Assembly: GCA_040754455.1 (NCBI GenBank)
Contig: JBFMCP010000006.1
Span: forward strand, 33,649 to 97,648
Reading direction: 5' to 3'
Length of the DNA stretch: 64,000 nucleotides
Origin: Nitrospirota bacterium
Lineage (GTDB): Bacteria; Nitrospirota; Thermodesulfovibrionia; Thermodesulfovibrionales; Dissulfurispiraceae
Made by a program: the position numbers and the translations under genes. Below are positions 50,229-60,946 of the stretch, one piece after another. Under the pieces are notes generated by a model. The model was not told the DNA's origin. It saw only the letters and a program-made list of their open reading frames with translations, and did no database searches. Numbering within the stretch: the stretch's first letter is position 1; each line of letters begins with the position of its first letter.

Positions 50229-50948
50229 CTAAAAGCTTTCCTTTTCCCACCGTATCGCCCGCTCGTACTCCTTGAAGAGCCGCTCTCTCCTCTTGAACTC
50301 CTTTGAATGGATGATTCTCCTTTTGCCGTTGTCGCAGCCGCCTGCGGCCGCCATATCGGCATGGAGCATCTCGTGGTAGATCACCAACTCGATGAAGTAG
50401 GAGGGGACCGTCTTTTTATCGAGCACCGGATTGATCCTGATGAGGTTCGAGTGGCTGCTGTAACTCCCCAGGGTCCTTCTCCGCGCCGCCCGCCTCGGGC
50501 TCCTCGCACCCCAGGTAATCGACGCAGATACCCCGCCGTCGAAATATTCCCTATTAATAGCTTCGAACACGGCGAGGAGATCGTAGTGCTTTCCCTGCGT
50601 AATGCATTTGATGGTCCTCTGCTTCAGCGATTTCAGCTCGTTACGGTGCTGCGCAATAAACGCCCTCAGGAGCGGTGTCTTCCCCCTCCTCTTCTTTACA
50701 AACGTCGCTATCTCCCTGATGACCTCCGTGCCAGCACGGAGGAACATCCGGTGGAGCCTGATGATTACCTGCTCTCCTTTGTCCTTCACAGAAAGCACAG
50801 TGCTGGAGTTATCGGTGATGATGAGCGAGACCGGCGCCCCTGTCCGCTCGCTGAGGAAACGCTCAAGAGATTCCCTGCTCTGCTCAAAAGACAGGCACAA
50901 CTGCTCGAAGACCGGAGAAGGATGTTCCGCTTTGCTGCGATGAAGCAT
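50229..50948 (-). CDS. SprT-like/DUF45 zinc metalloprotease domain protein
   Basis: INREYF, TLGSY, IRINPVLD, YHEMLH, HSKEF. Confidence 0.75.
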   Translation of the reverse strand: MLHRSKAEHPSPVFEQLCLSFEQSRESLERFLSERTGAPVSLIITDNSSTVLSVKDKGEQVIIRLHRMFLRAGTEVIREIATFVKKRRGKTPLLRAFIAQHRNELKSLKQRTIKCITQGKHYDLLAVFEAINREYFDGGVSASITWGARSPRRAARRRTLGSYSSHSNLIRINPVLDKKTVPSYFIELVIYHEMLHADMAAAGGCDNGKRRIIHSKEFKRRERLFKEYERAIRWEKESF

Positions 50949-51037
50949 GGTTAACTATACCATGAACGTAGACCAAAGTTCCTGCGGTTATGCTAATATT
51001 ACCTGCACATTGTTCAACCCCTTGAGGAGGAGAGACC

Positions 51038-52042
51038 ATGCCCGAGCTGCGACTGAACATGATATCCCGTGACTGGGTGATATTTCCCGCTGAAAAGAGA
51101 AAGCGGCCCGAAGAGTTCATCGGTGCGAGAGAAAGGAAGAAGCATCCCGAATTCGTCGCCACCTGCCCCTTCTGCCCCGGCAATGAGGAGAAATCTCCTG
51201 GCGAGCGCTACCGGGTGCACAATGAAAACGGCTGGGACGTGCGTGTGGTGCTCAACAAGTTCTCGGTACTCTGTGTCGACGGTGAACGGAAGAGAGTGAA
51301 CGAAGGATTAAAAAAGAGCGTCAACGGTGTCGGCTCTCACGAGCTTGTCATCGAATCGCCCCTTCATAATCATACCACCGCCCTTATGCCTCACGGCCAC
51401 CTTGCAAAGTTGCTGGAAGCATACAGGGACTGCCTCATCGAGGCGTACAAAGACCCCCGTGTTGAGCATGTCCTCATCTTTAAAAACAGCGGCCATGAGT
51501 CGGGGACTTCTATCGAACATCCGCTCTCGCAGATCGTGGGGTTGCCGATAACGCCATTCCAGGTGCGGAGCAGAATCGAGAGTGCCATGAGGTACTTCGA
51601 TGATACCGGCGAATGCCTCCTGTGCAATACCATCGGCCAGGAGCTCGCCGACGGCGCACGGATTCTCTTCACCACCGGTCACTTCGTCTCTTTTGTTCCT
51701 TATGCTGCGGCCTCTCCGTTCCATGTATGGATATTTCCCAAACGCCACTCCGGCTATTTCGGCGATATCAGGCCCGAAGAGGTCGTCGACCTCGCCGCAC
51801 ATCTCAAATCGGTCATGTCACGGATTTACTACGGCCTGGCGCACCCTGATTTCAATTACATAATAAAATCCGGCAGGCCCTCACACAGCGATTCGGCATA
51901 CATCCACTGGTATCTGACGATTGTACCCCGGGTCGCCATGACCTCCGGCTTCGAGCTCGGTTCGGGAATGTTCATCAATCCCCTGCTCCCCGAGGCAAGT
52001 GCGGACTTCCTGAGACGTGTTAAAATACCGGAGTATGCCTGA
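51038..52042 (+). CDS. galT: Galactose-1-phosphate uridylyltransferase-like protein (catalytic motif altered)
   Basis: MPELR, CPFCPGNE, GVGSHELVIESP, CLLC, HWYLTIVPR, GFELGSG; HPHSQ reads HPLSQ. Confidence 0.8.
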   Translation: MPELRLNMISRDWVIFPAEKRKRPEEFIGARERKKHPEFVATCPFCPGNEEKSPGERYRVHNENGWDVRVVLNKFSVLCVDGERKRVNEGLKKSVNGVGSHELVIESPLHNHTTALMPHGHLAKLLEAYRDCLIEAYKDPRVEHVLIFKNSGHESGTSIEHPLSQIVGLPITPFQVRSRIESAMRYFDDTGECLLCNTIGQELADGARILFTTGHFVSFVPYAAASPFHVWIFPKRHSGYFGDIRPEEVVDLAAHLKSVMSRIYYGLAHPDFNYIIKSGRPSHSDSAYIHWYLTIVPRVAMTSGFELGSGMFINPLLPEASADFLRRVKIPEYA

Positions 52043-52727
52043 TGAAAAGATCCTCGTTGTTGAAGACGAAAAGAAGATATCCGACATCGTAAGAGCCTAT
52101 CTCGAAAAAGAGGGGTTCCGCACCACTGTTGCACCTACCGGAAGAGAAGCGCTCAGGCTCCTCAGAGAGCCGTTCGATCTCCTCATTCTCGATCTGATGC
52201 TCCCCGATATGGACGGGGAGGCAATCTGCAGCTCTCTGCGTGAATTCTCCGATGTACCCATCATCATGCTGACGGCGAAGAGCGCCGAGGATGACCGGAT
52301 CAAAGGATTGGGCCTGGGTGCGGACGACTATGTGGTAAAACCCTTCAGTCCGAGAGAACTCGTTGCACGGGTAAAAGCGCATCTCAGGAGAACAAGGAAA
52401 GAGGAAAAGAGGATCCTCTCCTTCAACCATGGTCAGCTCAGGATCGATACCTCCTCGATGGAGGTAAGCAAAGCCGGTGTTCCCGTCTCATTGACCGCGA
52501 CGGAATTCAGGATACTGCTCCTCCTTGCCGAGCGGCCCCAGACCGTCTTCAGCAGGCTCCAGATCGTCAATGCCGTGCAGGGCTACGACTTCGAGGGATA
52601 TGAGAGGGTAATCGACGCGCACATCAAAAATATCCGCCATAAAATAGAAGACCATACGCAGAAGCCGGTCTTCATCAAGACCGTCTACGGCATCGGCTAC
52701 AAGTTCGTAGGGACCCCTGACGCATGA
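52035..52727 (+). CDS. OmpR-family response regulator
   Basis: ILVVEDE, LDLMLP, GADDYVVKPFSPRELVAR, IDAHIKNIRHK, TVYGIGY. Confidence 0.93.
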   Translation: MPDEKILVVEDEKKISDIVRAYLEKEGFRTTVAPTGREALRLLREPFDLLILDLMLPDMDGEAICSSLREFSDVPIIMLTAKSAEDDRIKGLGLGADDYVVKPFSPRELVARVKAHLRRTRKEEKRILSFNHGQLRIDTSSMEVSKAGVPVSLTATEFRILLLLAERPQTVFSRLQIVNAVQGYDFEGYERVIDAHIKNIRHKIEDHTQKPVFIKTVYGIGYKFVGTPDA

Positions 52728-54070
52728 AAACAAAAATCTTTTTCGCCTTCCTCGTCATCATCGCAGCGGCGCTCTTTTCGAACTTCGTCTTCGAATGGCT
52801 CATCATGAAGGACTTCGACAACTATGTAAAAGGGGTGAAGGAAGACCAGCTCTACTGGATCCTTGCGTCCGTCGAAGGGAGCTATTCCAATGGGGAATGG
52901 GATACCGCCGCCCTTTCGGAGTCGATCCACTGGGCAATGATGATGGGCATCGACATTCAGGTTCTCAACGCAGAAGGGCAAGAGGTCATCTCATCACAGC
53001 ACGCCCTGCATTCCCTTTCGGAATCCATGAAGCGCCGCATGGAAGGGCTCTTCCATATCCACGAGACCGGCGGGCAGTATACCCCTTACCCGCTCTATCT
53101 TCAGGGGAAGAAGATCGGGACACTCCTCGCAAGACCGTTCCAGAAAGAGACTATTAAAGAGAAAGAATTCATCTTCAAACGGAGAACGAAGAATTTCATT
53201 TACATTTCCCTTGCCATTGCCGGAGGCGGTTCGCTGCTGCTTGCCCTGTTGCTCAGCCAGTATCTCTCAAAACCCATAACCACCCTGAAAAACGCTGCGG
53301 AGAAGATTGCAAACCGTGATTTCAGTGTACGGGTGACCGCCCGGTCCTCCGGTGAGGTGGAAAAACTGACGGAGACCTTCAACACCATGGCGGAATCACT
53401 CGAGCGCGAAGAGCAGTTGAGAAAACACCTTATGCACAACATTGCCCATGAGCTCAGGACCCCCCTGACCATTATGAAGACGCATATCGAAGCCCTGATG
53501 GACGGGGTGATCGATAACTGCAGCAAGGGACTCGAAACACTACATAACGAGACCGAACGTCTGATAACCCTGGTCAAAGGGATCGAGGACATCACCTCCG
53601 CGGAGGCGAGCTTCTTTACAAAAAGGGAGACTACCGAGGTCAATCTCCGCGAGTTTCTTTCCGGCATTGTCACTGAAATGCTTCCCCTCTTCAGGGAGAA
53701 GGGTCTCGGTCTTTCTCTTCTGAAAGAGCATGAGATTGTCGTTGTCACCGAGGTGGAAAAGCTCGAGAGGATCGTTTTGAATGTCCTCTCGAATGCACTA
53801 AAGTACACTGATAAAGGCGGGACCTGGATCGATTACGGCATCGAGGGAGGCGGTTTCTATATCGAGATTAAAGATTCGGGGAAGGGCATCCCCGAGCGCG
53901 AGCTGCCCCATATCTTCACCCGCTTCCACCGCGTCGAAGGGGCCGGGCATGACGGCCTGGGCCTTGGCCTCGCCATTGTCAAAGAGCTCGTGACCGTCAT
54001 GGGCGGCAGCGTTGAAGTGGCGAGTACACTCAACGAGGGGACGACCTTCAGGATCAATTTACCGCTATGA
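52724..54070 (+). CDS. HAMP sensor histidine kinase (BaeS-like)
   Basis: Two TM helices, HAMP, AHELRTPL, NALKY, DSGKGI, GLGLGL. Confidence 0.92.
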   Translation: MKTKIFFAFLVIIAAALFSNFVFEWLIMKDFDNYVKGVKEDQLYWILASVEGSYSNGEWDTAALSESIHWAMMMGIDIQVLNAEGQEVISSQHALHSLSESMKRRMEGLFHIHETGGQYTPYPLYLQGKKIGTLLARPFQKETIKEKEFIFKRRTKNFIYISLAIAGGGSLLLALLLSQYLSKPITTLKNAAEKIANRDFSVRVTARSSGEVEKLTETFNTMAESLEREEQLRKHLMHNIAHELRTPLTIMKTHIEALMDGVIDNCSKGLETLHNETERLITLVKGIEDITSAEASFFTKRETTEVNLREFLSGIVTEMLPLFREKGLGLSLLKEHEIVVVTEVEKLERIVLNVLSNALKYTDKGGTWIDYGIEGGGFYIEIKDSGKGIPERELPHIFTRFHRVEGAGHDGLGLGLAIVKELVTVMGGSVEVASTLNEGTTFRINLPL

Positions 54071-54873
54071 ACGTCGCATTGATACAATTCAACAGCCGAT
54101 GGGAGGCAAAAAGAGAGAACCTCGAAAGGGCCGAGGAATTTGTGCAACGGGCCGCAGAGGACCACTGCGATGTCGTTATCTTTCCCGAGATGTTTGCTAC
54201 CGGGTTCTCGATGAATATTCCCGCCGTAGCCGACGAAGGATACGGCGAAACTGCAATAGCGCTCTCACATATGGCAAAAAAATACTCAATCAATCTTATT
54301 GCCGGGTATGCCATGGTCGGCCCGGGCGGTGGCAAGGCACGCAATATGGCGGTGGTATTCAACAGGAAGGGACAGCCCAATGTCACCTACACAAAAATTC
54401 ATCCCTTTTCTTTTGTCGGAGAGGACAAGCATTTCATTGCTGGAACGGCGACTTCCACCTTTACCATCGACGATCTGCCGTGCAGCGTCTTCATCTGTTA
54501 CGACCTGAGATTCCCCGAAGTGTTCAGGAGTGTCGCAAAGGAAGTGCAAGCGATCTTTGTGATCGCCAACTGGCCGACCTCACGGAAGGCGCACTGGGAG
54601 GCCCTCCTCAAGGCCCGTGCCATCGAGAACCAATGCTTCATCATCGGAGTGAACCGTATCGGAACCGACGGCAACGGTATCCATTATCCTGGTGCATCAC
54701 ATATCTTCGATCCTTTAGGAAACGATCTCTGTTCGGGCAATGATACTGATGAATATATAACAGGAGCACTCGATCCTGCAGAGGTCGAAAGGGTACGTTC
54801 CGCCTTCCCCTTTCTCAATGACATGAAGCACTGCATCCTTGAGTTCGATAACGGTGAAAACCACATATCGTAA
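54067..54873 (+). CDS. Carbon-nitrogen hydrolase (nitrilase family, YafV-like)
   Basis: FPEMF, YTKIH, ICYDLRFPE, ARAIENQ. Confidence 0.9.
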   Translation: MNVALIQFNSRWEAKRENLERAEEFVQRAAEDHCDVVIFPEMFATGFSMNIPAVADEGYGETAIALSHMAKKYSINLIAGYAMVGPGGGKARNMAVVFNRKGQPNVTYTKIHPFSFVGEDKHFIAGTATSTFTIDDLPCSVFICYDLRFPEVFRSVAKEVQAIFVIANWPTSRKAHWEALLKARAIENQCFIIGVNRIGTDGNGIHYPGASHIFDPLGNDLCSGNDTDEYITGALDPAEVERVRSAFPFLNDMKHCILEFDNGENHIS

Positions 54874-55213
54874 GATAAAAGCCTACACAACCAAGGACGG
54901 CTCCCTTATCAGGGAACTCATGCACCCCACGGTCCACGGCAATAAAAGGCAGAGCCTTGCCGAAGCAATCATTCCCGCAGGTAAAGAAACCGTGCTGCAT
55001 CGCCATCACCTCAGTGAAGAACTCTATCACATTACCGCAGGAACAGGACACATGATCCTCGGTGATGAAGAATTCCCTGTCGAATCCGGCGACACCGTCC
55101 TCATACCACCGAAAACACCGCACAAGATCAGGAACACAGGAAATGAACCATTAAAGATTCTTTGCTGCTGCGCCCCGTCCTATTCGCATGATGATACGGA
55201 ATTGGTTGAATAA
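54854..55213 (+). CDS. Cupin domain protein
   Basis: TKDGSLIRELMHP, HRHHLSEELY, PH, CCCAPSYSHDDT; start uncertain (GTG 54854 or TTG 54839). Confidence 0.82.
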   Translation: MKTTYRKIKAYTTKDGSLIRELMHPTVHGNKRQSLAEAIIPAGKETVLHRHHLSEELYHITAGTGHMILGDEEFPVESGDTVLIPPKTPHKIRNTGNEPLKILCCCAPSYSHDDTELVE

Positions 55214-55292
55214 GTATTCTCCCATACGCGCTTTGTGAGAGCCAATTGAGGAGCGCACCAGCCGGATGATCTCCACCCGACACCCACCCCCG

Positions 55293-58200
55293 GTTTCAAT
55301 CCACGCCCCTGCGCGAGGGGCGACCGAGCTGCAGCGTCTGCAATGGCAGGATATCGACGTGTTTCAATCCACGCCCCTGCGCGAGGGACGACGCCGTTAT
55401 AGGTGATTTTTGTTTTGACCAGATCATCGTTTCAATCCACGCCCCTGCGCGAGGGACGACATTGCCGGGTTTTTGTTATTCAATCTGTCAAATCATGTTT
55501 CAATCCACGCCCCTGCGCGAGGGACGACTAGAGTTCCATCAGGCCACTCTTACGGATGGCCTATTTCAATCCACGCCCCTGCGCGAGGGACGACCTTTTA
55601 TAAACTGGTATATTTCATCCATACTGTAGTTTCAATCCACGCCCCTGCGCGAGGGACGACCGCTGAGGACAGCTCTGGCTATGTCGATATGTCAGGTTTC
55701 AATCCACGCCCCTGCGCGAGGGACGACCCTATGTTGGAGCTACCAGCGTCAAGGGCATCATCATGTTTCAATCCACGCCCCTGCGCGAGGGACGACTCAC
55801 GGCGTCGGGCAACACTTCTACGTACTGCCGGTTTCAATCCACGCCCCTGCGCGAGGGACGACAGAACAGATGCTACAGATAGGATTGAGAAACTTAGGTT
55901 TCAATCCACGCCCCTGCGCGAGGGACGACACAATAATCCCCCATCTATTCATTATGAATGATTGTTTCAATCCACGCCCCTGCGCGAGGGACGACATGGT
56001 CATTTATCAGCCGTGTGAAGGCGCCAAGCTTCTCCTGTTTCAATCCACGCCCCTGCGCGAGGGACGACGTATCCTCAATGCCGCTGGCCCCTCCTTCGAC
56101 CCGTTTCAATCCACGCCCCTGCGCGAGGGACGACCGCGCATGGGTGCTCTCTCATGGTGATGGCGGTGTTTCAATCCACGCCCCTGCGCGAGGGACGACA
56201 AGTATTCTCTTCTCACTCATATTAACCCCAAACCATAGTTTCAATCCACGCCCCTGCGCGAGGGACGACCAGACCAATGCAGACCGCATAATCCCCATGA
56301 TTGCCACGTTTCAATCCACGCCCCTGCGCGAGGGACGACGTCCTCCCCCACCATATCTGCTTATCCACCAGTGTTTCAATCCACGCCCCTGCGCGAGGGA
56401 CGACTGCAAAAGGCGTACAAGATAGGAACCGATATCGTAGTTTCAATCCACGCCCCTGCGCGAGGGACGACGCTTCGTTTCATGCACTCAAGCGCGAGAT
56501 CATAAGGTTTCAATCCACGCCCCTGCGCGAGGGACGACTAAATCTCAAAGATATTTGCTCTATAATGAATGGTGTTTCAATCCACGCCCCTGCGCGAGGG
56601 ACGACATCGTTGACATATCCGCCCTCCCATTGAAGGGTGTTTCAATCCACGCCCCTGCGCGAGGGACGACTCAGGCTCCATATCGATTACGGTACATTTG
56701 ACATTGTTTCAATCCACGCCCCTGCGCGAGGGACGACTGGATGCTATCGGCATATCAGCTGTATCTGTAGATGTTTCAATCCACGCCCCTGCGCGAGGGA
56801 CGACCTGACGATGTATTCTTTGTTGACCTTCCTGGTGCTGTTTCAATCCACGCCCCTGCGCGAGGGACGACTAACTGGTGCTCATACACCCTCGCAGATT
56901 TTACAGGTTTCAATCCACGCCCCTGCGCGAGGGACGACATATCGGTCTGCGTCAGTGTCGCCCCATGAGGATCAGTTTCAATCCACGCCCCTGCGCGAGG
57001 GACGACTATAGCGGATATAAATATTATTACTCTCGTTCGTAAGTTTCAATCCACGCCCCTGCGCGAGGGACGACAGATGGGGAGGCAAGGATGCAACTGA
57101 TACAGATAGTTTCAATCCACGCCCCTGCGCGAGGGACGACATATGATTGATGTTACGCCGGTAGAGGGAGAGCAGTTTCAATCCACGCCCCTGCGCGAGG
57201 GACGACCGCTTCGTTTCATGCACTCAAGCGCGAGATCATAAGGTTTCAATCCACGCCCCTGCGCGAGGGACGACGATGTCTGGCTCGGTATTGCGGATTA
57301 TCTGTCACATAGTTTCAATCCACGCCCCTGCGCGAGGGACGACGTAAAGCTCCACAGATCAAATACCCCATGCTGCCAGTTTCAATCCACGCCCCTGCGC
57401 GAGGGACGACCCTCTTCGCTGATGGATACGGCCTTGCGCTTTATGTTTCAATCCACGCCCCTGCGCGAGGGACGACGATCCCCGGAGCGTACAGGAGATT
57501 ATGGGACACTCGTTTCAATCCACGCCCCTGCGCGAGGGACGACATCGAGGTCAACATTGGCAAGAGCGATGACCTGTGTTTCAATCCACGCCCCTGCGCG
57601 AGGGACGACACATCGGATGGTTGGCGGAATTGCATAGCAGTTGCGTTTCAATCCACGCCCCTGCGCGAGGGACGACGTCCAACGGATGTGGAGGCCATCC
57701 GCCTTAGCCAGTTTCAATCCACGCCCCTGCGCGAGGGACGACGATCGGCAACGAGGCCTGATCGTATCAGGTCGTGTTTCAATCCACGCCCCTGCGCGAG
57801 GGACGACCAACCATGTATTGATAGACTTCGTAGATGGTTTCGTTTCAATCCACGCCCCTGCGCGAGGGACGACTTCCCGAGATCAATAATTTCTTCTTCA
57901 ATAGTCGGTTTCAATCCACGCCCCTGCGCGAGGGACGACATGAGCCCTCTTTCTTGCTCTTCACATATTGGGCGTTTCAATCCACGCCCCTGCGCGAGGG
58001 ACGACGTGACCGCGAGGAAGCGAAGCAGAAAGCGATCAAAGTTTCAATCCACGCCCCTGCGCGAGGGACGACGATCTCACCGCGCTCTCAAGTCTACTTT
58101 CAGAGATGTTTCAATCCACGCCCCTGCGCGAGGGACGACGATTCCCCGGTACAGCCCAGTTCTTTGACCTTTTAGTTTCAATCCACGCCCCTGCGCGAGG

Positions 58201-58797
58201 GACGACGTTCACCAATCAGGAAGTTCCCAAGGAATACTGGTTTCAATCCACGCCCCTGCGCGAGGGACGACAAATGAAAGAGGGATTATCCTTGCCTGAT
58301 GACAGTTTCAATCCACGCCCCTGCGCGAGGGACGACCCGTGCAGATATAGAGGCACGCATTGAAGCCTGTTTCAATCCACGCCCCTGCGCGAGGGACGAC
58401 ACAAGGGGGGCTGATGCAATGAGCATCTGCCATGCTGTTTCAATCCACGCCCCTGCGCGAGGGACGACACCGTCGATGTCCTCATTGAGGACGTGATATC
58501 CTGGTTTCAATCCACGCCCCTGCGCGAGGGACGACCAAATACGCAGCCGAGATATCGGAGGCAAGCATAGTTTCAATCCACGCCCCTGCGCGAGGGACGA
58601 CTCCTCATGTCATAGGCTATAGCCTTTCATGCGATGTTTCAATCCACGCCCCTGCGCGAGGGACGACTTGCGCGGTACCATAACATATATACAAACACAG
58701 CAGTTTCAATCCACGCCCCTGCGCGAGGGACGACTATATGGGCAAAAAAGAGATTAAATACCAGTGTTTCAATCCACGCCCCTGCGCGAGGGACGAC
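55293..58797 (-). CRISPR. Type I-C CRISPR array: 53 repeats of 32 nt (GTCGTCCCTCGCGCAGGGGCGTGGATTGAAAC), 52 spacers of ~32-41 nt
   Basis: Repeats counted by hand; hairpin and ATTGAAAC end typical of I-C; leader on the cas2 side. Confidence 0.97.
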
Positions 58798-58982
58798 AGT
58801 TAAATTACAACTCATTAATAAATAAGCAGTTGTTGCTCGCTTTTTGCGAACCCCTCAATAAGCAATTAATAAAACACGTCATTGTCAAAGAGCAGCACGA
58901 CATTTTCATTGTTTTATAATACGTTTCCAGCGTTGCGAACCTCTTGGGCAACCTATGTGAACTATCGGCTCGCGTTACCATT
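58798..58982 (-). promoter_or_regulatory. CRISPR leader
   Basis: AT-rich non-coding region between cas2 and the first repeat; TGCGAACC twice; IHF-like TATTAATGAGTTG (minus, 58808-58820). Confidence 0.75.
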
Positions 58983-59273
58983 TCAGACAATCAGCGGCCC
59001 TTCTTGATCAACAGGTGCTTTTGCACCGACATGTTCCACCCGATGCTTCCAGTTGGAGCCGAGATAGTAAAACCTCAGACTATCCCTCTCTTGATCGATT
59101 TCTGAAATTAATCTCTCTTTCAGTTTTGTCCATTGTGCCGGATCAACAATGCATTCAAACACCGAATACTGCACCCTCTGCCCGTAATCCTTGCACGCAC
59201 GCGCGACTCTACGCAGACGTCGTTGTCCTCCCTCAGCATCAGTGGCGACATCATAACTCACTATCACAAACAT
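58983..59273 (-). CDS. cas2: CRISPR-associated endonuclease Cas2
   Basis: VSYDV, RLRRVARAC, GQRVQYSVFEC, DSLRFY. Confidence 0.97.
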   Translation of the reverse strand: MFVIVSYDVATDAEGGQRRLRRVARACKDYGQRVQYSVFECIVDPAQWTKLKERLISEIDQERDSLRFYYLGSNWKHRVEHVGAKAPVDQEGPLIV

Positions 59274-59283
59274 AGTGCTCCCC

Positions 59284-60315
59284 TCACTTCCATATGAACG
59301 GCGGATAATTGTCCATATCTCCGCGCAGATAACGCGCCATCAGCAATGCCTGCGTATAAAAGAGCAGACCGATAGTAACCTTCTCTTTCAAAAACGGATG
59401 CATAATCTCTTCCTGCTTCCGTTTCTGATAGGCGACCAGCACCGTCTTCCTTGTGTCATCATCCATCCAGACCGCTCCCGATTCCTTTTTCTTAAAACAC
59501 TTGTCCTGCACCTGACAGAGATTAATCAAAGATAGTGCCAGGCGGTCGGCGATAAAAGGACGAAATTCCTCCATCAGATCGAGTGCAAGCCCATATCTGC
59601 CGGGGCGATCTCTATGTAGGAAGCCAACAGCAGGGTCGAGCCCTACCGTCTCAAGCGCCGCGCGCACATCATGCATCACGAGGGTATACAGAAAAGACAG
59701 CAGGCAGTTTACATTATCCAGAGGAGGCCTCCTGTTTCTCTCATTGAAGCTGAAATAGTCTTTCTGCGAAGTGATGAGATGATCAAAGACATTGAAGTAG
59801 GTAGACGCCGATTCGCCTTCAATGCCGCGCACAACATCCAATGTTAAGTCTGCATTCAATCTCCGCAGGTAATGGGAGAGTCTTTGAGAAGCCGATGAAA
59901 TTGTCCCTGCGTCAATCTTTTCAGAATGGTCCCGTAGGGCGCGTTGAAGTACGGTGCGGCAGTTGGCGATCTTGCCGGTCACTACCGCCCGAGCAATTGT
60001 GGCGGAAGATTTCAAATCATCAGCACGGCGGTACTGTTCCCGCCTCAAAAAGACATTGCCGGAGACAGGCCCCTGGACCTTCGCGAGGAAGCCGCCGTTT
60101 TCGGTTAAAAAGCTGATGGACACCCCATTCTCTGCGCAAAATCCCATAAGATATGGACTGCATGATATATGTCCGAAACAGACAATTCCTCCGAGGGTGT
60201 GGACAGGTACTCGCAGGGCTATTTCTCCATCAACTTTGACGGCAACGGTTTCACCCTCTTTTGAAAGATACGCTCCCTGAGTTGTTATGAAAAGGGTATT
60301 GAGATGTCTCTTCAT
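59284..60315 (-). CDS. cas1: Type I-C Cas1
   Basis: LNTLFITTQGAYL, GIEG, RRPPLD, NCLLSFLY, GFLH, LALDLMEEFR, YPPF. Confidence 0.97.
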   Translation of the reverse strand: MKRHLNTLFITTQGAYLSKEGETVAVKVDGEIALRVPVHTLGGIVCFGHISCSPYLMGFCAENGVSISFLTENGGFLAKVQGPVSGNVFLRREQYRRADDLKSSATIARAVVTGKIANCRTVLQRALRDHSEKIDAGTISSASQRLSHYLRRLNADLTLDVVRGIEGESASTYFNVFDHLITSQKDYFSFNERNRRPPLDNVNCLLSFLYTLVMHDVRAALETVGLDPAVGFLHRDRPGRYGLALDLMEEFRPFIADRLALSLINLCQVQDKCFKKKESGAVWMDDDTRKTVLVAYQKRKQEEIMHPFLKEKVTIGLLFYTQALLMARYLRGDMDNYPPFIWK

Positions 60316-60944
60316 TCATCCCTCATTGCATTTTTCAGATAGGAATTTACCGACACTGTTTTGCCGCATGTTTTCGGAAGACAGAGATTGAGCAGCGAGC
60401 AGCGCTCACACTTTTTCGAATATTCGGGTTTCGGGGTGACACCTGAGGCTATAAGCTCATGCACTCCTTCAGTTACATTCTCTGTTTCTGCCCTCAGGTA
60501 TTTATCGAAGACAACGTCCTCCCTCCGGCGCGTCTGCCCGTAAAAAAGTGCCCCCTCCGTAATCTCAACATCGAGCATTTCCTCAAGACAGAGCGCCTGA
60601 GCGCAAAGCTGCACCCTGTCGCAATCATCAGCTTTCGGTTTGCCGCGTTTATACTCAACCGGAAAAGGCAGCCATGTTCCATCACCCTGCCGATGGAACT
60701 CCACAACATCAGCCTTGCCGATAAGCCCAAGTATGAGAGAGCGGAGAGGAACACCGTATTCAATGCGGATTTTTCCTCTCGCTTCTCGATTTGCAGTATC
60801 TACCTTTTCATGCATAATCCTGCCTTCGGCAGTAAAGAGATTTTCATCCCAGACCTGTTCAAGGTGTATTAAGGCACACTGCCGAGGACAAAACACAAAG
60901 TGCTGCAGTGACGATAGCAGAATAAAGTCGTCTTCGGAATACAT
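60312..60944 (-). CDS. cas4: Cas4
   Basis: QHFVFCPRQ, GKADVVE, PVEYKRG, QLCAQALCLEEM, CERCSLLNLC. Confidence 0.96.
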   Translation of the reverse strand: MYSEDDFILLSSLQHFVFCPRQCALIHLEQVWDENLFTAEGRIMHEKVDTANREARGKIRIEYGVPLRSLILGLIGKADVVEFHRQGDGTWLPFPVEYKRGKPKADDCDRVQLCAQALCLEEMLDVEITEGALFYGQTRRREDVVFDKYLRAETENVTEGVHELIASGVTPKPEYSKKCERCSLLNLCLPKTCGKTVSVNSYLKNAMRDE

Positions 60945-60946
60945 AT

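Noticed and set aside
55215..55292. Extra degenerate CRISPR repeat beyond the trailer end
   Set aside because: Similarity near 55220-55250 is too weak to call
55293..58797. Self-targeting spacers within the window
   Set aside because: None noticed by eye; not exhaustive, needs alignment
55473..58825. ORFs with repeating VSIHAPARGTT / FNPRPCARDD / FQSTPLREGR
   Set aside because: Translations of CRISPR repeats
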